From an uncultured Gemmatimonadaceae bacterium (GTDB taxonomy: Bacteria; Gemmatimonadota; Gemmatimonadetes; Gemmatimonadales; Gemmatimonadaceae): a stretch of DNA of 64,000 nucleotides. The notes below the pieces were generated by a model. The model saw only the letters and a program-made list of their open reading frames with translations. It did not search any database and was not told the origin of the DNA. Positions within the stretch are counted from its first letter, which is position 1, and the number at the start of each line of letters is the position of its first letter. Below, piece by piece: positions 54,509 to 64,000 of this stretch. Where the stretch lies: positions 416,001 to 480,000 of the forward strand of contig CAWHHI010000011.1 in assembly GCA_963829055.1 (NCBI GenBank), read 5' to 3'. A program made the position numbers and the translations under genes.

Positions 54509-55813
54509 TCAGGCGTCCCGGTTCGCGCACCCGGAGAACGCGGAGTTGTTTTTCTCAGCCTGTGACGGCGGGAGATTCATGTCGCTGCCATACACGCCGC
54601 CCTTGAAGTAGGTGCCGGTCGGCCAGACGGTATTCGGCGCTCGCGAATACTGCCGCACGAGGCGCCGAAGGTCGCCGACGCGATGCGACGTGAAGTACAT
54701 CCAGAACGCGCGCTCCCGGAACAGCAGGTCCACTCTCGCGTTCGCCGATCCGGGATCGGTGAGCGGCGTGAGACCCGACAGCGTCGCGCGCGCCGTGTTC
54801 AACTTGCCGAGCCACCCCGCGGCATCACCGGTGGCCAACAGATTCTCGGCCTCGATGAGCCGCGCCTCGATGCCCGTCGCGAGCGGCACGGGCGAATCGC
54901 CCTTCGGATACATCTGCGTCAACCAGATCGGAGTGCCGTCCTGCCCCGGGCGAGTTTTCGTCGCGTCGACCTTGATGCGCGGGTCCTTCGACGAGACGTA
55001 GTCCAGACCATTGCCGCCTTCCTTGTCCGACGGCCCGAAGTTCGGCGTCGCGAGCATCCAGTCGTAGACGTCGTTGACGATCGTCGTGGCCGAGAACTCG
55101 ACGTTGTAGACGTAGTCCGTCGGCACGGTAGCGACGGCGGTCGCGGCTTCGGCGTATCGCTTGAGATCGACGAGCGCGCGACCCTTTCCAACGAGCGCCG
55201 CGTTGCGGACCTTCGTGTCGGTAGCCGCCGCCGTGGTGAGTGCCGTGTCGAACTTCGCGATCGCCAGCGTGAACAGCTCGGCGTTGCTCATGATCGTCGT
55301 CGTCGGGTTCTGGTCATCCGCGTTTCCAACCGGGATGCCGTTGCAGTACCCTTCGCCGGCGATGACGTACGTGAAGCCCTCGAGCATGTAGAGCTGCGCG
55401 ATCTGCGACGTCGTCGTCGCGCCGGGCGTCGCATACTTGCTGAGCGACTTGATCGCGCGAATGATCTGCGTGTTCGCCTGTCCGAACGTGGTCCACACGG
55501 TCGAGGGGAACACGGCGTCGTTGACGGCGCGGCTGTCGAGGTGCTCTGTCCCACCGCGCGCGCTGAGCATCTCATCGCCGAGGAGCCCCGTGGCGATGTT
55601 CATGCCGACGCCGTTACCGGCGTTGTCGCCGGCAAAGAAGTTCGCGAAGTTGCCTAACGCCGCCGTGCGTAGCGCGGCGGCGCCGGGCGCCGAGTTCGCC
55701 TGCTCCGGCGTGATCTGATCCGGCGTCTCCACCTCCGTCAGCTTGTCGGCGCTGCAGGCCGCGACAAGGGCGGCGACCATGACGCCCGCGAGATATCGAT
55801 GCATCCGTGGCAT
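54509..55813 (-). CDS. RagB/SusD family outer membrane lipoprotein
   Basis: Lipobox LVAAC; GLLGDEM; EGYCNGIP; GIEARLIEAE; LFRERAFWMYFTSHRVGDLRRLVRQY; directly downstream of susC. Confidence 0.88.
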   Translation of the reverse strand: MPRMHRYLAGVMVAALVAACSADKLTEVETPDQITPEQANSAPGAAALRTAALGNFANFFAGDNAGNGVGMNIATGLLGDEMLSARGGTEHLDSRAVNDAVFPSTVWTTFGQANTQIIRAIKSLSKYATPGATTTSQIAQLYMLEGFTYVIAGEGYCNGIPVGNADDQNPTTTIMSNAELFTLAIAKFDTALTTAAATDTKVRNAALVGKGRALVDLKRYAEAATAVATVPTDYVYNVEFSATTIVNDVYDWMLATPNFGPSDKEGGNGLDYVSSKDPRIKVDATKTRPGQDGTPIWLTQMYPKGDSPVPLATGIEARLIEAENLLATGDAAGWLGKLNTARATLSGLTPLTDPGSANARVDLLFRERAFWMYFTSHRVGDLRRLVRQYSRAPNTVWPTGTYFKGGVYGSDMNLPPSQAEKNNSAFSGCANRDA

Positions 55814-55854
55814 GTGTGTGTGTCGTCCGAGTTTCGAGTTGGTCGGGCGCATGA

Positions 55855-58800
55855 TCAGAATCCGAGGTTGAGGCGCACGATCCAGTAGCGGAGCGCGGGC
55901 GGTGAGAAGAAGTCGTTGTTGCCACCGCCGGTGTTCGCGGCATTGCTGTTCGCCTCGGGATCGATGCCCGGATACTTCGTCCATGGCGTGCCGAGATTGC
56001 GCCCGCTCAGGACGAGCGTGGCGGACCGAGCGCGCGCGTTGCGGACGAACCGCTCCGGCACGGTGTACGCGAGCGACATCTCACGGAATCGGACGAAGTC
56101 GTTCCGCACGAACAACCCCCACTGCGTGCGCTTGCTCGGGCTGTTCGCGGCCACCGCCGCTGCCTGATCGGCGAGCGGCGCCGTCGGATCGTTCACCGCT
56201 CGGCAGTTGCCACTCGACACGCAGCGCTGGTTCTGGTAGCCCCACTGGTTGTAGAAGTTGCCGCGATAGTCGAAGAGCGTGGTGAGACGGAGCGTGTTCT
56301 TGAAGAAGCCGAGTGATCCCGAGAGTCCAGCCTGGCGCTCGGGAAGCGTGGGCCCCGGTACAGGGCCGTGTCGCTGACGACGATCTCATTTTCGGTGATG
56401 ATCCCGTCGTTGTTCGCGTCGGCGTAGGAAATCAGCTTGCGATCCCAGAGACCGAACAGCGGAAAGCCTTCGACGTTTCGCGAACCCGGGGCGGTCGGAA
56501 GAGGCGCGCCACCGGCGTCGGTCAGCTTGTTCTTGATGATGGAGCCGTTCAGCCGCAGGTCGAACGTGATGGGATCCGACGCGATAGACGGTCGCATCGA
56601 TGTTCGCCTCGAAGCCGCGGTTCTGGACCTGCGCGAGGTTCTCCCATTTGGTCGCGCCGGCGCCGTACGATGGCGGCAGCGGCCGGTTGAACAGCGCGTC
56701 CTTCGATCCCTTGTTGAAGAACGTGGCTTCCACGTTCACGCGATCATTGAGGAATCCGACATCGAGGCCGGCCTCCATTTCGGTCGTCACTTCGGGTTTG
56801 AGATCGGGGTTACCGATCGACGTTAGGCGCAGCCCTGGCGCCTCACCGCTCTCGGTCGGATAGGTCGCGGCGTTGAGGTACTGGATCGCGGCGACGGTGC
56901 CCGGCTGGACGCCGGCCTTGCCGTACGCACTGCGAAGTCGCAGACGATTCATGCCGGGAACTCTCGGCCACCACGTCCTCCTCCGAGATCACGTACGAGA
57001 GCGAGGCACGCGGATAGACCGTGTTGCCGACATCACGGCCGAACGCGCTGTTCTTGTCGATGCGCGCGCCCGCCGTCGCGAACAGCTTGTCGCGCCATCC
57101 GATCTGTTCCTCGACGAATGCGCCGTAGGTCGCGTTCTCGGTCGTGAACTCGAACGCCCGCACCTGCGATCCGGCGGAGTTGGGCGTCGACGCGCCCGGT
57201 GGCAGGTTGTAGCCCTGCCCCTGAGACTGATACAGCTCGTCCTTGAACCACTGCGCGCCAACCGACGTGCGCGAGGAGATCGTCGGTGTGGCTGCCCACG
57301 TCCCGGTCGCCCCGAGGTCGACCGTGTACTTGCGTGCTGTTGGAGCGGTCGAGGAACTTGCCGCCTTCCTGGCCGTTCGGTCCCCACGCCAGGCCGACGC
57401 GCGTGCCTTCGCCGCGAAGCTGCTCGCGGAAGTTGAACCCATGGTCCTGATCGATGCCGACGACCGCGCGCCCCTGGAGCCACGACTTGGGCGACCAGTT
57501 GAGCGACGTGCTCGCCGTCAGGCGCTGATCCTGGAGCTCCTGCTGAATCGACATCACGTCGCCAGGCAGCTCACGCTGGTAGCCTTCCGTCGTGCCGCGC
57601 ACACCGCGCGCGGTGATCGCCTGGAACGTGAGTCCGGCGAAGAACCCGCCGTCGAACGGCGTGAACAGACGCTGGTCCGTGTACCCGCTCGATACATCCA
57701 GCGTCAGCGTTGGCGTCAACGACAGACCGAAGTTGCCGCGAATGTTGTTCGACTTGAGCTGGTTCGGGTGGATCTGTTTCGGACGCGGGCGCGTTCCCCG
57801 CTCTTCCGTGAGCCGAGTGATCTCGCTCGCCGGCATCTCGTACGGCCCGACTTCCGACTCGTGATCACCGGACATGAAATAGCGCAGCCGTTCGGAGCCT
57901 CCGGAGAACTGCAACCCGACCATCGATCGGGTCTGGTCCTTGAACGGCGTCGTCTGTGAGTTCATGAGCGGATTGAACGTCGTCAGGCTGTCGATCATGC
58001 ACTGCTTCGCGGCGAACGACGTGATCTTGCACTGGATCGGGTTGCCGGTGGGCTGGCCCGACGCGTTCAGGGACCGACCCCAGCTCGTGTAGTTCGGTTC
58101 GAACTGAGCCGGCTGCTGAACGATTCCGCCCTCTCCGAAGACGCTCCAATTCGTTCGTCCGACCTGTCCGCGTTTCGTCTTGATGACGATGACGCCGTTC
58201 GCGGCGGCCGTTCCGTACAGCGCTGCAGCCGATGGACCCTTGATGATGTCCATCGACTCGATGTCCTCGGTGCCGAGCGTGTTGAGGCGATTGATCCGCT
58301 GTGTGCTGACGTTGCCGCTGTTGGGCAGCTGCTGATTGTCGAAGCGCACGCCGTCGATGACGATGAGCGGCTCGTTCGTGAGCGACAGCGAGCTCGTACC
58401 GCGGATGCGGATCGAGGACGATGCACCGGTCTGCCCGGCGCCCTGAATCACCTGCACGCCGGAGGTGCGTCCCTGCAGCATCTCGTTGACGTTCGTGATG
58501 GGCGCTTCCTTCGCGACCGAATCGGCCGAGATGGTCGCGACGACGTTGCCGAATGTGCGTCGCTCCTGATCGCCGGTCGCGGTCGTCACGACTTCCGCGA
58601 GGCGCGTCGCCGCGCGCGTGATCGCGAGGTCCAGTCGCACCTCACCCGACGCGGGAACGGTGACTTGAGTGTCTGTTGGAGCGTATCCGATGCGGACGAC
58701 GTGCACCCTCTGTGGGCCTGACGGGACGCTCAGGATGACGAAGTCGCCATTCGGCTGAGTGACGGCGCCGAGCCGTGTGCCGGTGACCGCCACCTGAGCG

Positions 58801-58973
58801 GCGGCGACAGGAGCGCCGCCATCCGAGTCGGTGATGCGGCCGCGGATGGTTCCGGTTCCCGCTGTTTGCGCTGATAGTCCCGCGGGAAGCGCGAGACTCC
58901 CCACGAGGAGCAGCGGCGTGAGCCTACCTAACGATGATCTCACCAGTAGTGATCTCGCGAACGACAATGACAC
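55855..58973 (-). CDS. SusC/RagA family TonB-linked outer membrane transporter (frameshifted)
   Basis: GTG start with AGGAGG RBS; carboxypeptidase-regulatory-like N-term; IRIRGTSSLSLTNEPLIVIDGVR; DIESMDIIKGPSAAALYGTAAANGVIVIKTKRG; GNPDLKPE; C-terminal RLNLGF*. Confidence 0.92.
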
Positions 58974-59420
58974 GGGGTACCTCCTGCGTGCAGGTGGACT
59001 GACACGGGCATGTGATCCATCCGGCGTGGGCCCCTGGGCTGGCCGATCCGGCGGGCAGGACACGCTCGGACGGCGTGACGCCGGGTGGCGGACGCGCGGT
59101 GGCGGAGGCGTCGTGAGACGCGGGGTGCGGGGCGCGATGGCTCGTCGGACGACTCGATGCCATGGAATGATCGTTAGGCAGTGACGAAACGATCGCCGTG
59201 CATCACGGTTCGTCACAGAATTTTGCGTCCGGACGCCGGGTCCGACGCGCTCGATCTTCCTTTCGGTCGCGCAGCCGCGCAAACCTAGTGCCGGGACGTT
59301 GCGGGCGTGGGTGTATTGAGGGGCCGTGACGAGATGCTTCACGACGGGCGCGACTGTAGGATGCGACGTGATGCACCGCGCGCGGCCTAACGCGGCCGGC
59401 GGGATGTGCTCGAGGCCGGC

Positions 59421-59460
59421 AAAAACAAACACCGGGGTGCTCTCAGAGAGAGCACCCCGG
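59421..59460 (-). terminator. rho-independent terminator after the ATP-grasp/YbdK/C26 cluster
   Basis: CCGGGGTGCTCTC-AGA-GAGAGCACCCCGG hairpin followed on the minus strand by TGTTTGTTTTT. Confidence 0.8.
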
Positions 59461-59497
59461 CGACCTCACGCTCGAGTAAGCGACGTGAGCGCTGCCG

Positions 59498-60247
59498 CTA
59501 CGCGGCCGCCGCCTCCACGAAGTCGCGGAACAATACACCCGTGCTCGGCTCCGAGAGCTCGAATACTTCCGGGTGCCACTGCACGCCGACGATGAAGCGA
59601 TCGGCGTTAGGCGACTCGACCGCTTCGATGAGCCCGTCAGGCGCCGTGGCGGACGCGACCAGCGCCGACGCCAATACTTTGATTCCCTGATGATGCATGC
59701 TGTTCACGGGGACGGACGCACCAGTGAGCGCATGTCTCATTCTCGAGCCGGCCTGTACTGCGACCTCGTGCGCGAGATGATCGCGCGAGAAACCATACGT
59801 CGGGAAATAGTCGTGCTTGATCGCGTTCGGGTACTCGGCGTCGAGATCCTGATACAGCGTCCCACCGAGCGCGACGTTGATCACCTGCAACCCTCGGCAC
59901 AACCCGAGCACCGGTTTCCCGTCCTCGACCGCCCACTTCACGAGCTGGATCTCGACACGATCACGCGCCGGGTCGATACGACCCAATCGCTCGTGGGGAG
60001 TTTCTCCGAATACACCCGGGTCGACGTCGACGCCACCGGGGATCAGGATCCCATCCATGCGCTCGTAGATCGCGCGCAGCGTCTCGACCTCGTCGAGCAG
60101 CGGGATGAGCACGGGCGCCGCACCCGCCATCGCAGCCGCGTGGTAGTAGCGCTGGTTCATGACCACCGAATGCGGCAACCCCTCCGGGATGCCATCGATG
60201 GCCTGCAACGTCTGAGTAGTGATACCGATCAGTGGACTTGCGCGCAT
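59498..60247 (-). CDS. gamma-glutamyl-gamma-aminobutyrate hydrolase family (peptidase C26, PuuD-like)
   Basis: IPGGVDVDP; LGLCRGLQVINVALGGTLYQD; VNSMHHQGI; GVQWHPE. Confidence 0.93.
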   Translation of the reverse strand: MRASPLIGITTQTLQAIDGIPEGLPHSVVMNQRYYHAAAMAGAAPVLIPLLDEVETLRAIYERMDGILIPGGVDVDPGVFGETPHERLGRIDPARDRVEIQLVKWAVEDGKPVLGLCRGLQVINVALGGTLYQDLDAEYPNAIKHDYFPTYGFSRDHLAHEVAVQAGSRMRHALTGASVPVNSMHHQGIKVLASALVASATAPDGLIEAVESPNADRFIVGVQWHPEVFELSEPSTGVLFRDFVEAAAA

Positions 60248-60367
60248 TTACAGAGGATTGGGAGCTGTCATCCCCAGGGACATCCTGGAAAGCGACCACA
60301 CCGAAAGCACGATTGACGCCAGACTGTTCAAACGAAAGCTAGGTCACGACGTAGAGCCTCGGACATG

Positions 60368-61521
60368 TCAGGGAACGCCCGCCCCTTCGCCCTTCGGAAG
60401 CTCAGCGTCCTCCGGTATGACCCCCTCTCGCGTTTCCGCGATGAGGTGGTCGACGACCGCCTTGATGTCGCCCGTCTTCTCATACACGGCGATCTGCCGG
60501 TCGGCGCTCGACCCTCCCTCGAGGATCTTGAAGGCGTACTCGATTTCCTTGCGGCTGCCGAGCTCGTCCACGACGTCGTCGATGAACCACTCGATGCAGC
60601 TCGCGAATGAGCTCGCGCGCCGGCAGTTCGCGCTCCTTCCCGAAATCGATCAGCTTCCCGTCGAGCCCGTAGCGCACCGCGCGCCACTTGTTCTCGTCGA
60701 TGAGCTCCGACGGGTAGACGCGGAACGTGATGTTGTCGCGGCGCATCTTCCACATCTTCGCGACGATCGCCTGCAGGATGGCGGCGACACAGACGGCCTC
60801 GTCCACGCGCGTGAACACGTCGCAGACGCGGAACTCGAGCGTCGGGTACTTCCAGTGCGGGCGGACGTCCCACCAGATCTTCGAGCCGTCGGGAATGCAG
60901 CCCGTCGTGATGAGCGTGTCGAGATAGGTCTGGTAGTCGTTCCACGAGTCGAGAATCGGCGGGACGCCCGAGCGCGGAAAGCGCGGAAGACGACGCTGCG
61001 GTACGACTTGAGGCCGGTGCTGCCGGCCGATCCAGAACGGCGAGCTGGTGGAGAGGCAGAGGATGTGCGGCAGGAAGTAGCGCGCGACGTTCATCGCATC
61101 GATGAGGAAGTCGCGATCCTCGATGCCGATGTGCACGTGCGTGCCGAAGATCAGCAGCTGCTGCGCGAGATCCTGCATCGCGTCCTGCGTCCCGATGTAG
61201 CGCTCGAGCGGCGTGATCTCCTGGTCGACCCAGTGCGAGAACGGGTGCGTGCCGGCCGCGGCGATCGAGAGATTCTTGAGCCCGGCGAGCTCCATCACGC
61301 CTCGGCGCAGTCGCACGAGCTCTTCGCGCACTTCCTGCGGCGTGCGGCAGACCGTCGTTGCCGACCTCGACGATCGACTGGTGCAGCTCCGGCTTCACCT
61401 GCCCGAGAAAGCGGTGGTCGTACTCGAGGATCTGCGTGATGTACGACTGCAGCTCGCGAGTCTGCGGGTCGATGATCTGGTACTCTTCTTCGATGCCGAT
61501 CGTTAGGGAAGGAGGCTTCAT
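60368..61521 (-). CDS. ybdK: carboxylate-amine ligase, YbdK/GCS2 family (frameshifted)
   Basis: [67 protein letters not shown]. Confidence 0.9.
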
Positions 61522-61535
61522 AGTCCTGTCTGATC

Positions 61536-62897
61536 TCACCGTTTTTCGACGAGGAACGTCGGCACCGTCGACCCGCCTCCGGCCGTCACGTTCAGCAGCG
61601 CAGCCGTGGAGAGTCGCGTCAGGCACCCTTCCATGTACTCACCGTAGCTCACGAACGGCGCCGTGTCGAGCATCCGGTCGACCACCTGCACCTTCCCGTC
61701 CACCATGCTCGGGTAGGGCTCGTACGGAATGCGCACGCGCTCCTGCACGATGTACGGCGCGGCGAGCGCGCGCGCAATGGCTTCGCCCCACGCCGCGTCG
61801 TCCACTGTCCAGCCGAGCATGATGCCGGCTCCGCCGTAGTCGTCGTTCGGCTTGAGCACGAGCTGCTCGCGGTGCTCGCGCATGAACGGCACGAGGTCGA
61901 CGTCGCGTCCGTCGAACTGCGTCTTCCGCTCGACGACCGTGCGCGTCCACGGCACGTGCGCGTCGATCGCCGCGCGCTCGTCGTCGTCGAACAGGTGCGC
62001 GTTCCGCTCGTCGCTGAGCACGGCGAGGCTCGCCTTCTTGTGCAGCATCTTGCAGCGGAAGCCGTTCACCATGCACACCGCGCGGTCGCGCACGGCGCGG
62101 ACCATCGGGCTGTCGAGTCCGCACTGCTCGACCAGCTCGTGGATGAGCACGCGCTTGTAGATCAGGTCGACTGGATCACCATCGCCGAACGACAGCCGGC
62201 CGTTGCGGTACTCGGCCGTCGCGCGGGTCGGCGATGACGCACTCGATGCCGCGCGAGTGGAAGTAGTCGCGGAACAGCTCGAACTCGCTCACCGTCGGCA
62301 CGTCCGGCCAGTCGACGATGGCGATGCGCGGCAGCTCGCGGCGGCCGAGCCATTCCTCGTACGTCGCGAGCAGCGACGTGCAGGACGCCGTGTCGCGACG
62401 GGATCGGCGAGATCTCGTACTGCCGCGCGAACGCGCGCATGACGGGCAGGTCGATGAACACGTCGGTCAGCGCGTCGCCGTACGCCGCCCCCGCGGGCGT
62501 CTCGGCGTTGTACTCGGTGAGCTTCATCTCGCGGTCTTCGTCGACGATGAACGCGTCGAGCCGCGACGTCGGGCTGGGGTTGCGGATGCCCGGGTCGTCG
62601 GCGACGAGCGTCTCCTCCCAGTCGGTGAGCAGGAACTGCCGCCGGAACTCGCGGCTGGCGATGCGCGGCGTCGTACGTCTTGGCGAACACGCGCATGAGC
62701 GACGCGGCACGCGACCCTGCAGCCACGCGTGACTGCGTCGTGATTCGTGAGGCGCGGGCGAAGCACGGTGCAGAGCGGGCGGCCGCCGAAGATGAGGCCG
62801 CTGCGCCGCAGCTGAGCTCGTCCAGCATGCCCTGCGAGTCAGCCGCGAGCTGCTCGTCGTCGAGCAGATCATGATACGTCGAGATCGCGTCGCGCAT
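61536..62897 (-). CDS. circularly permuted ATP-grasp / glutathionylspermidine synthase-like protein (frameshifted)
   Basis: SRLDAF...KLTEYNAETPAGAAYGD; VPWTR; LVLKPNDDYGGAGI; YIVQERV; LLNVTAGGG. Confidence 0.8.
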
Positions 62898-62936
62898 GCC
62901 AGTGATCGTCGGACACTCACGTCGAACGCGATCGCG

Positions 62937-63948
62937 TCAGCGGCAGGCTCCGACCTGCCGCGCTGCAGCCAGCGCGGCGAGCTGCGCCGTGAACGCCGTG
63001 CTCCACTTGAGGTCTTTCGCCTGCGGCGCGGCTTCTTCGCGAGCGCGATGACCATGTCGGCCATGTGCTTCACCACCCACTCGAAGTAGTGCGGCGTCAG
63101 CGAGTTGATGTCCATGTCCGGCGCCGGGTTCATGAAGTCGATCGCGTACGGCACGCCATCGCGCACCGCGAACTCGATCGAGTTCATGTCGTAGCCGAGC
63201 GCGCTTGCACGAGCGTGCGCGCGTCCGTCGATCGATGCGCGCTGCCGAGGCCGGCGCGCAGGTGGTCCGTCCTCGACGATGTACTTCCGCTCGCGCGGAT
63301 CGTACTTCATCGGCAGGATCTCTTCCTGGCCGAGGCACATGCAGCGGACGAACTGGTCCCACTCGATGAACTCCTGCACGATCATCGTGAGCAGCCCGGA
63401 GCTGATCGTAGTGCTGGATCAGCTCCTCGAGCGAGCGGCAGACGTACACGTCGCGCCAGCCGCCGCCGTGCGCGTCCTTGAGGATGCACGGCAGGCCGAT
63501 GTGCTCGACGATGCCATCCCAGTCGAGCGGGAACTCGAGGTTGCGCAGGCTCTCGTCGTGCTTGATGCCCGGGCACGTACTCCTTGTTCGGCAGCACGAC
63601 CGTCTTCGGGCTCGCGACGCCGAGCTTCGTCGACCAGCGACGCGCCGAAGAACTTGTCGTCGGCCGTCCACATGAACGGGTTGTTGACGACCGTCGCGCC
63701 CTGCGAGCACCGCGTGCTTGAGGTACGATGCGGTAATACGGGACCTCGTGCGAGATGCGGTCGACGATGACGTCGTACGGCACGGCCGTCATCGTGCGCC
63801 GGCGCGCCGATCTTCACGAACTCGACCGTCGACGCCGGCGTCGCGGCTGCTGCACCTCCTCGATGAACGCGGGCGGGAAGGACCACTCGCGCCCGACCAT
63901 CAGGCCGACGCGGTACGTACGAGCGAGTTTTGCGGGACGCTTTGCCAT
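62937..63948 (-). CDS. RimK/glutathione synthase-like ATP-grasp ligase (frameshifted; 3' end approximate)
   Basis: VGREWSFPPAFIEEV; IVDRISHEVPYYR; VNNPFMWTADDKFF; LKDAHGGGWRDVY; QEFIEW; LGYDMNSIEFAVRDGVPYAIDFMNPAPD. Confidence 0.85.
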
Positions 63949-64000
63949 GGTAAAGCTCTATCCGTGCGAGAGGAATCGAGTGAGGACTGGTGGAGCGAAT

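Noticed and set aside
383..61507. TTAGG/TTAGGC resemblance to eukaryotic telomere repeats, or a Chi/KOPS role for the motif
   Set aside because: Copies are dispersed singletons, never tandem arrays, and occur about equally on both strands, unlike polarised Chi/KOPS sites.

Overview
High-GC (roughly 68-70% by eye) bacterial chromosomal window. The gene content (PadR plus duplicated orphan ABC permease, BNR/VPS10 glycosyl hydrolase-like protein, SusC/SusD pair, zf-HC2 anti-sigma factors) suggests Gemmatimonadota; this is inference. Many genes, including transketolase, are split by small indels. This pattern points to uncorrected long-read errors, so the fragments are merged into single CDS calls. 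Contents, left to right: a ~5.5 kb Ig-like/MBG-repeat surface protein flanked by two paralogous small lipoprotein genes; a three-gene phosphorelay; permease/PadR; secreted beta-propeller proteins; two ECF sigma/anti-sigma modules; a GGDEF/HD-GYP cluster; a GMC oxidoreductase; tkt; an orphan Tat-signal LanC-like protein; a lamin-tail/ComEC-like hydrolase facing a KTSC-DUF3006 fusion; tonB/susD/susC; and an ATP-grasp/YbdK/C26 peptide-ligase cluster. No rRNA, tRNA, CRISPR array or transposase was recognised. The strongest unexplained signal is a non-palindromic motif, (G)CCTAACG / CGTTAGG(C). By hand count it occurs about 54 times on both strands, often through rare codons or stop codons. Several families of dispersed palindromic intergenic repeats are also present.
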